64,000 nt of DNA, from NCBI GenBank assembly GCA_965277805.1, contig OZ255842.1, positions 5,440,001 to 5,504,000 on the forward strand, written 5' to 3'. The notes under the pieces are model-generated. The model searched no databases. It saw only the letters and a program-made list of their open reading frames with translations, and was not told where the DNA came from. This document shows, piece by piece, positions 27,925 to 37,501 of the stretch; position 1 is the stretch's first letter; each line of letters opens with the position of its first letter. A program made the translations under genes and the position numbers. The stretch comes from Candidatus Lustribacter sp. (GTDB lineage Bacteria; Vulcanimicrobiota; Vulcanimicrobiia; Vulcanimicrobiales; Vulcanimicrobiaceae).

Positions 27925-29370
27925 ATGGAAGCACCGGCAGTCGGGACCTCGCTGATCATCCGCGTCGAAACCCGGAATTCTCCCAACGCGTTCGCGAACT
28001 TGGCCGCGGCCATCGGGGAAGCGGGCGGCGCCGTGAACGCCGTCGACACGCACACGGTCGGACGCACGACGACCGTGCGCGACGTAACGATCTCCATCGC
28101 GAGCGACGAGGTGGGCCTCGCGGTGCAAGCCGCGATCAAGGCGCAAGAGGGCGCGCGCCTGATCAGCGTCTCCGATTCGATCTTCCTGGCCCACCTCGGC
28201 GGCAAGATTCACATGGAACCGAACATTCCGGTTCGCACGCGTGCCGATCTCGCTATCGTCTATACGCCGGGCGTCGCCCGCGTGTCGATGGCGGTGGCCG
28301 AAGATCCCGCCAAAGCTTTTCAGCTCACGATCAAGCGCAACACGGTCGCGGTCATCTCCGACGGCACGGCAGTCCTCGGTCTCGGCGACATCGGACCGCT
28401 CGGGGCGTTGCCGGTGATGGAGGGCAAGTGCATGCTCTTCAAACAGTTCGGCGGCGTCGACGCGTTTCCGATTACGCTCGACACGAAGGACGTCGATGAA
28501 ATCGTTGAGACGTGCATTCGCATTGCGCCGGTGTTCGGCGGTTACAGCCTCGAGGATATTTCCTCACCGCGCTGCTTCGAAGTCGAAGAGCGATTGATTG
28601 AAGCGCTGGATATTCCGGTGATGCACGACGATCAGCACGGCACGGCGGTCGTGATCTTGGCCGCGATCATCAACGCCGCCGCGGTCGTCGGCAAACGTCT
28701 CGAAGAGATGACGATCGTGCTCAACGGCAGCGGTGCCGCCGGCACCGCAACGATCAAGCTGCTGCTGCTGGCGGGCGTGGGCGACGTGATCGCGGTCGAT
28801 CGCGACGGCGCGATCTCCGGCGACCAGCAATACGGCGCGCCGCACTGGACGTGGCTGGCGAAAAATACCAACAATCACCGTAAGCGCGGTTTGCTGCGCG
28901 ACGTGCTCAAGGGCGCCGATGCGTTCATCGGCCTCAGCGCTCCCAACATCCTCAACAGCGAAGATATCAAGAACATGGCGCGCGATCCGATCGTGTTCGC
29001 GATGGCCAACCCGAGCCCGGAGATCATGCCCGAGGCCGCCGCGCCGTACGTAGCCGTGATGGGCACCGGCCGCAGCGATTTCCCCAACCAGGTGAACAAC
29101 GTGCTGGCGTTCCCCGGCATCTTCCGCGGTGCGCTCGACGTGCGCGCGCGCAAGATCAGCGACGGGATGAAGCTCGCGGCCGCGCGGGCCATCGCCGACA
29201 TCGTCGGTGCCGAGCGCAATGCCGAGTACGTGATCCCGAGCGTGTTCGACCCGCGCGTCGCCGACGGCGTCGCCGAAGCGGTTGAGAAGGCCGCCATCGA
29301 GGAAGGCCTGGCGCGGCGCACGCTGCTGGCCGCCGATGACGACAACGCCGCGACGTCGATGGTTCGCTGA
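27925..29370 (+). CDS. NAD(P)-dependent malic enzyme with N-terminal ACT domain
   Basis: YTPGV, DGTAVLGLGDIGP, PVMEGK, HDDQHGTA and TGRSDFPNQVNN motifs. Confidence 0.93.
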   Translation: MEAPAVGTSLIIRVETRNSPNAFANLAAAIGEAGGAVNAVDTHTVGRTTTVRDVTISIASDEVGLAVQAAIKAQEGARLISVSDSIFLAHLGGKIHMEPNIPVRTRADLAIVYTPGVARVSMAVAEDPAKAFQLTIKRNTVAVISDGTAVLGLGDIGPLGALPVMEGKCMLFKQFGGVDAFPITLDTKDVDEIVETCIRIAPVFGGYSLEDISSPRCFEVEERLIEALDIPVMHDDQHGTAVVILAAIINAAAVVGKRLEEMTIVLNGSGAAGTATIKLLLLAGVGDVIAVDRDGAISGDQQYGAPHWTWLAKNTNNHRKRGLLRDVLKGADAFIGLSAPNILNSEDIKNMARDPIVFAMANPSPEIMPEAAAPYVAVMGTGRSDFPNQVNNVLAFPGIFRGALDVRARKISDGMKLAAARAIADIVGAERNAEYVIPSVFDPRVADGVAEAVEKAAIEEGLARRTLLAADDDNAATSMVR

Positions 29371-30056
29371 TGAGTGAAAAGGTTCTCATCATTGAGGACG
29401 ATCCGGAGATCGCATTTTTTGAACGCACGATTCTGGAGCGGGCCGGCTACGAGGTGAAGGTCGCAACGACCGGCGCCGCCGGGCTCGAGGCGGAGCCCGC
29501 ATTCAAGCCGGCCGTGATCTTGCTCGACGTCGAATTGCCGGATATCAGCGGCCTCGACGTGTGCACCTCGCTCGCGAACTCGAGCGATGCATTCATCTTG
29601 ATGGTGAGCGCGCACTCAACCGAAAACGACGTGCTCAAAGGCCTCGGTCTCGGAGCGGACGACTACGTGCGCAAGCCGTTCTCGGGCAACGAACTCGTGG
29701 CGCGCGTGCAATCGTTTCTGCGGCGCCGCGAACGTTCGCGCCGCAGCGACGGTGACGGGCGTTTGCAAGCCGGCACGACCGAACTCGTGCGCGACTTTCA
29801 CACGCTCGAGAACGCCGGCAAGAACGTCAGCCTCACGGCGCTCGAGTTTCGTCTGTTGTGGTATCTTGCGGAGAACACCGGCAAGCTGTTGACGCGTGCG
29901 CAGATTCTCGAACGCGTGTGGAACGACGTCTCCGGCGTTCCGACGCGGGTCGTCGATGTGCACGTTGCAGCCTTACGTAAGAAGTTGAACGAAGTCGAGG
30001 CACAGCTGCAGATTTCCAGCGTGCGCGGCATCGGTTATCGTCTCGACGAACGATAG
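29370..30056 (+). CDS. OmpR/PhoB-family response regulator
   Basis: Receiver domain plus winged helix (RVVDVHV..LRKKL, VRGIGY). Confidence 0.93.
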   Translation: MSEKVLIIEDDPEIAFFERTILERAGYEVKVATTGAAGLEAEPAFKPAVILLDVELPDISGLDVCTSLANSSDAFILMVSAHSTENDVLKGLGLGADDYVRKPFSGNELVARVQSFLRRRERSRRSDGDGRLQAGTTELVRDFHTLENAGKNVSLTALEFRLLWYLAENTGKLLTRAQILERVWNDVSGVPTRVVDVHVAALRKKLNEVEAQLQISSVRGIGYRLDER

Positions 30057-30098
30057 GAGCAAGCGGGACCACTCACCGGCACGCGAATCCCAAGGCAC

Positions 30099-32510
30099 GT
30101 GAAGTCTTTCGTTCTGCGTATCGCGTGCATGGCGCTCTCGCTTGTGGTGTTGCCGCTCGGCGTTCGTTCGGCGACCGTGAGTTACGCGCCGCCGGCGGGC
30201 AGCTTACCGGCCGGACGCTATCACGGGTTGCCGTATAGCGCGGTTCTGCCCTCGGGACGGCTGGTAACGCCGGCCGGGACCAGCATCGTCACCGGCATGA
30301 ACAGCCTCGGCCTCGTTCTCTCGCCCGACGGACGATACGCGATCACGAGCAACGACGACGAAAGTCAGGGCGGCGTGCGCAGCGCGCTCGATCCCGATGC
30401 GAGCGGCGGCTATTCGCTGACCGTGATCGATACGACGCGAATGGTTGCGGTGATGCATTACCGCGCGCCGGAGGAGACGTTCTACAGCGGTCTCGCCGCC
30501 GTGCGCGATGCGAGCAATCCCGGGCAGACACTGGTGTTTGCCGCCGGCGGCGCGTCGAATGCCGTCTACGTGTTCGATCTCGATGCGGCCGGACGACTCG
30601 TGCCGGACGCGCATCATACGATCGCCGTTGCCGGACCTACCGATGCGGCGTTCGCGGATCGCGGTATCAGTTTTCCCTCCGCGCTGCTGGCATCGGCCGA
30701 CGGCCGGCGCATCTACGTGGTTTCGGCCGCCGGGCAGTCGGTCGCGGCGATCGACGTTGCGTCGCGGCGCTTGTTAGCGGCGCCGCAGCGGGTCGGATTT
30801 TCGCCGAGCAGCGTTGCCGTTGCCGCAGCGCGGTTGCTGGTCACGAACGAAGGGCTGATGCGTTACGGCCGCTTAGCGCAGCCAGCGACGAGTCCGGCCT
30901 TCGACGTTCCGCCGGCGGATGCGTCCGATGCATCATCGCTTTCGGCAATCGCGCTCGATGCGGGCGGCGGCATCGCCGGACCCGCCGGTGCATTGCCGAT
31001 GGATACGCCGCTCGATGGGTTGCGGCTGGTTGGCGGAGCGCATCCGACCGCGATCGTCACGACCGCCGATGCGAACTACGCGTTCGTTGCGATGACCAAC
31101 GTCGACCGCATCGCCACCGTCGCGCTCGGAGCGACGCCGCACGTGGCAGGCGGCACCGAACTGCGCTTGTTCGATCGTGGTCCGTACGGCACGCAGCCGA
31201 CGGCGCTCGCGCTCAGTCGCGATGCGTCGCGTTTGTACGTCGCGTTGACCGGACTCGATGCGATCGCGGTGATCGATGCGCGCGATCCGCTGCACTTGCA
31301 CCGCCTCGGTTTGATTCCCACCGGCTGGGCGCCGAGTGCGCTCGCACTGAGCGCCGACGATCGCACGCTCTACGTCGCGAATCAAAACGGCTTCGGCTAC
31401 GACGCAAACTTCACCGGTAATCCGGATACGGGCGCGGATGCGCGCGCGATCTGGTCGACGCTCGAGCGCATCGACTTGGCGGAAGTGAAGCTGGCGGATA
31501 CGACGCGCGCGGCGCTAGGCGCGGCGCGGAACGTCGTGGCGATGCCGGTGCCGCTGCCGTCCGTCATCCACAATGTCGTGCTGGTGGTCGAGGGCGACAA
31601 GAATTACGATGAGGTGCTGGGCGATCTCGGCGTCGGCCCGGGCGCACCAAGCTTTTCGCTTTACGGTGCTGCCGACACGCCGAACTTGCACGCGCTTGCG
31701 CGACGCTTCGGTCTCGCGGGCAACTTCTTCGCCGAACCCGGCGGCGATGCGCAGGAAGCCGTTGCGGGCGGCATTGCAAGCGCATTCACCGCGCGCACGA
31801 ATCCGGTGCAGGTCGCGCGGCGTCCGCTCGGTTTCGTCAACCAAGACCCCGAAGATATGCTGCGCTTGGGAACGGTGTTTCACGAACTGGCGCGGCACAA
31901 TCTCAGCTTCCGCGATTACGGCGGTTTTCTCGACGTTTCCGGCTCGACGCCGGCAGGCTACACGCAGAACGTTCCGGCGCCGGCCATTCTCGCCGATCAT
32001 GTCGACCTGAATTATCCGACGTTCGCGGCGAAGGTGCCCGATGCGCTGCGGGCGGCAGAATTCGTGCGCGATTTCGGCGCGCTTTCGGCCGCGCACCGGC
32101 AGCCGCGCTTCGCCTACATTGCATTACCCGGCGGCGGCGACAGCCCGGGGGGAACGCCGGCTGCCGAAGCGTCCGTCGTCGACGGCGATCGCGCGCTCGG
32201 CACGATCATCAGCTATCTCTCGCACTTGCCGTCGTGGCGCACGACCGTCGTGTTCGTGCTGCCGGCGGGCGCGAGCACGGGGCGCGATCACATCGACGCG
32301 TCGCGCACGTATGCGCTGGCGATTTCGCCGTTCGTCAAACACGGCTATCTCGGCATGCGGCATCTCTCGACGGCAAGCGTGCTGAAGACCATCGACCGGG
32401 TGTTCAAGCTGCCCCCGCTCTCGCTCGGCGATCTGCTCGCCAACGACATGGGCGACTTCTTCGGCACCCGGCCGGACGTACGCCCGTACGAGGCGGCGAC
32501 CACGCCGTAG
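30099..32510 (+). CDS. Secreted YVTN/YncE beta-propeller + phosphoesterase/alkaline-phosphatase-like protein
   Basis: Signal peptide, LPSGRLVTPAG, propeller repeats (GLIPTGWAP), YDEVLGDL, TPNLHALA and DHID.SR. Confidence 0.8.
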   Translation: MKSFVLRIACMALSLVVLPLGVRSATVSYAPPAGSLPAGRYHGLPYSAVLPSGRLVTPAGTSIVTGMNSLGLVLSPDGRYAITSNDDESQGGVRSALDPDASGGYSLTVIDTTRMVAVMHYRAPEETFYSGLAAVRDASNPGQTLVFAAGGASNAVYVFDLDAAGRLVPDAHHTIAVAGPTDAAFADRGISFPSALLASADGRRIYVVSAAGQSVAAIDVASRRLLAAPQRVGFSPSSVAVAAARLLVTNEGLMRYGRLAQPATSPAFDVPPADASDASSLSAIALDAGGGIAGPAGALPMDTPLDGLRLVGGAHPTAIVTTADANYAFVAMTNVDRIATVALGATPHVAGGTELRLFDRGPYGTQPTALALSRDASRLYVALTGLDAIAVIDARDPLHLHRLGLIPTGWAPSALALSADDRTLYVANQNGFGYDANFTGNPDTGADARAIWSTLERIDLAEVKLADTTRAALGAARNVVAMPVPLPSVIHNVVLVVEGDKNYDEVLGDLGVGPGAPSFSLYGAADTPNLHALARRFGLAGNFFAEPGGDAQEAVAGGIASAFTARTNPVQVARRPLGFVNQDPEDMLRLGTVFHELARHNLSFRDYGGFLDVSGSTPAGYTQNVPAPAILADHVDLNYPTFAAKVPDALRAAEFVRDFGALSAAHRQPRFAYIALPGGGDSPGGTPAAEASVVDGDRALGTIISYLSHLPSWRTTVVFVLPAGASTGRDHIDASRTYALAISPFVKHGYLGMRHLSTASVLKTIDRVFKLPPLSLGDLLANDMGDFFGTRPDVRPYEAATTP

Positions 32511-32548
32511 CCGAAAGGTTCGGTCGTGGGAGAGCCGTGCATTCCGTG

Positions 32549-33394
32549 ATGACGAAATCATCCGAGCCACCGTACGTTCGTTCTGACGCCGGCGCTCTAG
32601 CCGGCGCCGTTGTGTGTGCCCCCTCGGCCAGCATCGACCAGTTGCCGCCGATCAAGGGCGAACCGTCGCCGATCGCGACCCGCGCCTTCGAGCAGCACGG
32701 GATCTTGCTGCGCACGCTGCGCGATCGCGGCGTCGAGCTGACGATCCTCGAGCCGTCGACCGAGACGCCGACCGAGTCGCTCGTCGCCGATTGCGCGATC
32801 GTCTTGCCTCAGGGGGCAATCCTGGCGCGCCCGTCGTCAGTCGAGCGCCGCGGCGAACTGCCCGCGATCGAACGCGCGCTCGCCGCGCGCGGGATCCCGA
32901 TCGCCGGCCGCATTGAAGCGCCCGGCCTCCTCGATGCAACCGACGTCGCGATTGCCGGCGACCGCGTTTTCATCGGCGTGCCGCGTCCGGGAGCCGGGCT
33001 GCGTTCGCGCTCGAACGCGCTGGGCCGCGAACAGCTCGCCGCTTATGCCGCGGCCGCCAACCTGAGCGTCGTTGAACTGGCAATCGCGCCCGACGTGCCG
33101 CGCCTGCGCAACGTGTTCAACATCGTCGCGACCGACGCCGTGATCGCCGCGCCGGAACTGGTCGATTTGGTCCCGGTTCGCGACCTGCGCGTGATCGAGG
33201 TGCCGCGGGGCGAAGAATTTGCCGCCGGCGTGCTCGCTTTCGGCGATCGCCGCGTGATCGTCAACCTCCGTTTCCGCTACAGTATCGGTCTGTTGCGGGC
33301 AGCGAAGATCGACGTCGAAGCGATCGACCTGTGGGAGTTCGGGAAAGCCGGAGCGGGTCCGTTCCAGCTCGTGCTCGCCACGAAGCGGGGATAG
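32549..33394 (+). CDS. Amidinotransferase/DDAH-fold protein with degenerate catalytic residues
   Basis: A.EQH..L...LR, RRGE, IEAPG.LD.TD and E..K..G terminal motif. Confidence 0.8.
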   Translation: MTKSSEPPYVRSDAGALAGAVVCAPSASIDQLPPIKGEPSPIATRAFEQHGILLRTLRDRGVELTILEPSTETPTESLVADCAIVLPQGAILARPSSVERRGELPAIERALAARGIPIAGRIEAPGLLDATDVAIAGDRVFIGVPRPGAGLRSRSNALGREQLAAYAAAANLSVVELAIAPDVPRLRNVFNIVATDAVIAAPELVDLVPVRDLRVIEVPRGEEFAAGVLAFGDRRVIVNLRFRYSIGLLRAAKIDVEAIDLWEFGKAGAGPFQLVLATKRG

Positions 33395-34123
33395 TTGCGG
33401 ATCGCGATCCTCTCCGATCTGCATGGAAACGCGGTCGCGCTCGATGCGTGTCTCGCGGATCTTGCCGCTGCCGGCGGCGCCGACCGTATCATTGCCGCGG
33501 GTGATCTCTGCATGGACGGGCCGCGGCCGCGCAAGGTGCTGCGCCGTTTGAAGGACGCCGGCGCGCATGTCGTGCGCGGCAACACCGATCGCATGATCGC
33601 GCTCGAAGATCCGGCGATCTACGATGACGAGACGCGTCAATCGATCATTTGGCAGCGCGGTGCGCTCGGTCAAGATTGGGTGGCGTGGCTGGGTGCGGCG
33701 CCGCTGACCGTGGCGATCGGTGGCGGCGCAGACGGTCTCTTGATCACGCATGCGACGCCCGCGCGCGATGACGAACACGTGTGGCCCGATGCGAGCGACG
33801 ATCAGCTCGAAGCGATCACCGCGAACGTTCCGCAGCATACGATCGCGTTCGGTCACCTCCACCTGCCGTACGTGCGCACCTGGCGCGACCGGATGTTCGT
33901 CAACGTCGCATCGGCCGGCTTGCCCAAAGACGGCGATCCGCGCGCGCACTACGCCATCCTCAGCCAGCAGAGCGGCGGCTGGTCCGTCCGTTCGCGCCGG
34001 GTGGCGTTCGACGTCGATAAGGTGGAACGTCAAATTCGCAAGAGCGGGATGCCCAACGTTGCCGAGCGCGTCGACGTGTTGCGCCGGCACCGGTACAAGC
34101 AACTGGCGGAGCACAAGATCTAA
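33395..34123 (+). CDS. Metallophosphoesterase (YfcE/calcineurin-like)
   Basis: SDLHGN, AGD, GNTD, THA and FGHLH motifs. Confidence 0.9.
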   Translation: MRIAILSDLHGNAVALDACLADLAAAGGADRIIAAGDLCMDGPRPRKVLRRLKDAGAHVVRGNTDRMIALEDPAIYDDETRQSIIWQRGALGQDWVAWLGAAPLTVAIGGGADGLLITHATPARDDEHVWPDASDDQLEAITANVPQHTIAFGHLHLPYVRTWRDRMFVNVASAGLPKDGDPRAHYAILSQQSGGWSVRSRRVAFDVDKVERQIRKSGMPNVAERVDVLRRHRYKQLAEHKI

Positions 34124-34836
34124 TGCTGGCGCTGAAAATCGATGGATTGGTGAAACGCTACGGCGATTTCACGGCCGTCAACGGCATTTCGTTCGACGTG
34201 CCGGCCGGCGAGTTTTTCGGGCTGCTCGGACCGAACGGCGCGGGCAAGACGACGACTATCAACTCGATCGTCGGTCTTTCCACCCTCACCGCGGGATCGA
34301 TCGAATTGTTCGGTCTCGACGTCACCAAAGACTGGCGTGCGGCGCGCCGCATGGTCGGTCTATCGCCGCAAGAGTACAATTTCGACCGCTATCTCAACAT
34401 CCGCGACATTCTGATCTACCAAGCGGGCTACTACGGCATGCGCGGCAAGGCGGTCGCCGCACGCGCCGACGATCTGCTCGAACGCTTCGACCTCACCTCG
34501 AAGGCCAAGCAAGTTTACACGCGGCTCTCCGGCGGGATGAAGCGCCGGCTGACGATTGCGCGCGCGATGATGCATCAGCCGCGCTTGCTCATTCTCGACG
34601 AGCCGACCGCCGGCGTCGACGTCGAATTGCGGCTCGAGCTGTGGGCGTTCTTGCGTCAACTCAACGCCGACGGAACGACGATCATCCTGACGACGCACTA
34701 TCTCGAAGAAGCAGAAGAGTTGTGCGCGCGCATCGGCATCATCGAAGCCGGACAGCTCGTCGCTTTGGAAACGACCCGCAAGCTCGTCGGTTCGCGTTCG
34801 TTGCAAGACGTCTTTTTGGAGCTCACCCGCCGATGA
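34123..34836 (+). CDS. ABC transporter ATP-binding protein (YadG-like)
   Basis: GPNGAGKTT, LSGGMKRR and LDEPTAGVD motifs. Confidence 0.94.
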   Translation: MLALKIDGLVKRYGDFTAVNGISFDVPAGEFFGLLGPNGAGKTTTINSIVGLSTLTAGSIELFGLDVTKDWRAARRMVGLSPQEYNFDRYLNIRDILIYQAGYYGMRGKAVAARADDLLERFDLTSKAKQVYTRLSGGMKRRLTIARAMMHQPRLLILDEPTAGVDVELRLELWAFLRQLNADGTTIILTTHYLEEAEELCARIGIIEAGQLVALETTRKLVGSRSLQDVFLELTRR

Positions 34837-35633
34837 CTGCCACGACGTTCTCTGCCGAGCCGGATCGCCGGCCCAACGGCATCGGATTCATCACGATCGT
34901 TAACCGCGAAATGGTCCGCACGTTCGCGATCATCAATCAAGTGATCTGGCCGCCCGTCATCATGACGCTGCTGTATGTGTTCGTGTTCGGCCAAGCGTTG
35001 GGCAGCCGCATCTCGAGCGTGCAGGGCGTTAGCTACTCGCAGTTCCTCGTTCCGGGACTGATCATGCTGCAGGTGATCGAGCAGACCTACGGTGAGGGCT
35101 CGAGTACGGTCTTCCAAGGCCGTTGGATGAACTCGATCCAGGAACTGCTGATCGCCCCGCTGTCGGCCTTCGAGATGGTGATGGGCTACGTGGTTGCCGG
35201 CGTCGCGCGCGCGCTCTTCATCGCGCTTCTCATCACCGCGCTGGGTGCGGTCGTCGTGCACACGCTGCCCGTCAACTGGGTGCTCTACTTCGCGACGATC
35301 GTGCTGGTGGCGGTGTTGTTCGCATCGGTTGGGATCATCTGCGGACTGTTCGCCGAGAAATTCGATCACATCGCGCTGCTGACGACGTTTTTCATCACGC
35401 CGCTGGTCTTTGTCGGCGGCGTGTTTACGCCGGCGCAGTTCTTGCCGCCGGTGGCGCGGATGATCTCGATGTTCAACCCGATGTTCTATATGATCAACGC
35501 GTTCCGCTATTCGTACACCGGCCGCGGCGACGTCCCGCTCGAACTCTCCCTCGGCATCATCACCGCCCTAACCCTAATCGCCTTCACCCTAGCCCTCTAT
35601 CTCTTCTCAATAGGCTTCAAACTCCGCAACTAG
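34833..35633 (+). CDS. ABC-2 type permease (YadH-like)
   Basis: ATGA coupling; FLVPGLIM, GGVF and NPMFYMINAFRY motifs. Confidence 0.9.
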   Translation: MTATTFSAEPDRRPNGIGFITIVNREMVRTFAIINQVIWPPVIMTLLYVFVFGQALGSRISSVQGVSYSQFLVPGLIMLQVIEQTYGEGSSTVFQGRWMNSIQELLIAPLSAFEMVMGYVVAGVARALFIALLITALGAVVVHTLPVNWVLYFATIVLVAVLFASVGIICGLFAEKFDHIALLTTFFITPLVFVGGVFTPAQFLPPVARMISMFNPMFYMINAFRYSYTGRGDVPLELSLGIITALTLIAFTLALYLFSIGFKLRN

Positions 35634-35673
35634 TTTTTCTGATGACATTAGACAAGACGATGAAAAATGGAAA

Positions 35674-36492
35674 TCAGAAAAACGGGTTGTGGGCTTTTTC
35701 TTCGCCGATTGTTGACGGGGGGCCGTGGCCGGGAGCGACGACGGTGGCGTCGTCGAGGGCGAAGAGTTTGAAGCGGATGCTCTCGAGGATGTCTTTGTAG
35801 CCGGTTGCGGTGCCGAACGCGCCGCCGACGCTGCCCGCGAAGAGCGTGTCGCCGGTGAAGATCGTCGACTTGAAGAGGAAGCACGAACTTCCGTCGGTGT
35901 GTCCGGGTGTGTGCAGCATGCGGATTGCGGCGTTGGGGCCGAACGGCAATTCATCGCCGTCGACGATCGGCTTCGCGCGTTTGCCGAGTTCGCCGATCGC
36001 CGCGACGTCGGAGCGGTGCATCACGATCTCGGCGTCCGGAAATGCTTTCGAAATGTCGGCCGTCGCATCGCAGTGGTCGGCATGCTTGTGGGTGATGAGG
36101 ATGTAGCGCAGCGCGAACGGTCCGTCGGCGATTGCGTTGAGGATCGTCGAGGGCAGCCCGGCGGGGTCAATCAGCGCGGCCGTTCGGCCGTCGTCGAGGA
36201 AGAACAGGTAGCCGTTGGAGGGGTGCGGGTCGTGCGGATGGTGGCGGACGTCGCCGGGCAGCGCGACGTGCGGCTCCCAGCGTTTGGCGGCGGCATCGGC
36301 AAGCTTGCCTGGGTCGAGGCCCAGCAGCTTCGCGAGCGCCCGCGCCTCGGCATCGCCGGCGGCGCCGTCGCCCTTCTGCCACTCGGTGATGTGGCCGGCC
36401 GGCAGGCCGCTGCGCGCGGCCAGGGCGGCGGCGTCCAGGCCCGTCCCGCGCGACGCCTTGCGCAGGATGTCGCAGAAATCGTCTTCCAGCAT
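35674..36492 (-). CDS. MBL-fold metallo-hydrolase with N-terminal HTH-like segment
   Basis: THKHADH, TPGHT, FTGDTLF and PGHGP; N-terminal LEDDFCDILRKA.RG.G helical domain. Confidence 0.9.
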   Translation of the reverse strand: MLEDDFCDILRKASRGTGLDAAALAARSGLPAGHITEWQKGDGAAGDAEARALAKLLGLDPGKLADAAAKRWEPHVALPGDVRHHPHDPHPSNGYLFFLDDGRTAALIDPAGLPSTILNAIADGPFALRYILITHKHADHCDATADISKAFPDAEIVMHRSDVAAIGELGKRAKPIVDGDELPFGPNAAIRMLHTPGHTDGSSCFLFKSTIFTGDTLFAGSVGGAFGTATGYKDILESIRFKLFALDDATVVAPGHGPPSTIGEEKAHNPFF

Positions 36493-36547
36493 GGAGCGCT
36501 CTCTTTTCTGAACCGGACGCAACCGCCTAGGGGTTGAAGGGAGCGAC

Positions 36548-37498
36548 ATGTCCCGCAACCACAGTTCCGTCGCCATCATCGGTTCCGGACCGGCCGGCCT
36601 GACCGCCGCCGTCTACGCAGCCCGCGCCAACCTTGCCCCGGTCGTCTTTGCCGGTGGCCTCTACGGCGGCCAACTGATGCTCACGACCGAGGTCGAAAAT
36701 TACCCCGGCTTCCCGCAAGGCATCATGGGACCCGAGCTGATGGAGAACTTCCGTCTGCAGGCCGAGCGTTTCGGCTCCGTGATGCACTTCGTCGATGTGA
36801 CGAAGGTCGATCTCAAGCAGACACCGTTCCGGTTGTGGACCGACGACGATGAGTACACGGCCGACACCGTCATCATCGCCACCGGCGCGAGCGCGCGCTG
36901 GCTCGACGTGCCGCACGAAGCGCGTTTGCGCGGCCGCGGCGTGTCGACGTGCGCAACCTGCGACGGCGCGTTCTTCCGCGACAAGCACATCGTCGTCGTG
37001 GGCGGCGGCGATTCGGCGATGGAAGAAGCGCTCTTCCTCACCCGCTTCGGTTCGAAGGTGACCGTGATCCATCGCCGCTCGTCGTTCCGGGCGAGCAAGA
37101 TCATGGCCGATCGCGTGCTGGCGCACGAGAAGATCGAGGTGATCTGGAACAGCGAAGTCACCGAAGTGCTCGGCGCGGAGAAGACCGAGGGACTCGGCCT
37201 GCGCAACATCGAGACCGGCGAGACGAGCCAAATCGATGCCGACGCGCTGTTCATCGCGATCGGTCACGATCCGAACACCGGGCTCTTCAAGGGGCAGATC
37301 GATCTGGATCCGATGGGCTACATCGTATCCGCCGACGGCGTGACGACCAACATTCCCGGCGTGTTCGTTGCGGGCGATGTGTTCGACGTGCGCTATAAAC
37401 AGGCAATTACCGCTGCCGGCTCGGGCTGCAAAGCAGCACTCGAAGTCGAAAAATACTTGGAGGCTAACGAGGCCAAACACACGACGGCGCTGGTCTAA
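36548..37498 (+). CDS. trxB: Thioredoxin-disulfide reductase
   Basis: GSGPAG, VENYPGF, CATCDG, GGGDSAMEEA and QAITAAG motifs. Confidence 0.97.
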   Translation: MSRNHSSVAIIGSGPAGLTAAVYAARANLAPVVFAGGLYGGQLMLTTEVENYPGFPQGIMGPELMENFRLQAERFGSVMHFVDVTKVDLKQTPFRLWTDDDEYTADTVIIATGASARWLDVPHEARLRGRGVSTCATCDGAFFRDKHIVVVGGGDSAMEEALFLTRFGSKVTVIHRRSSFRASKIMADRVLAHEKIEVIWNSEVTEVLGAEKTEGLGLRNIETGETSQIDADALFIAIGHDPNTGLFKGQIDLDPMGYIVSADGVTTNIPGVFVAGDVFDVRYKQAITAAGSGCKAALEVEKYLEANEAKHTTALV

Positions 37499-37501
37499 GC
37501 G

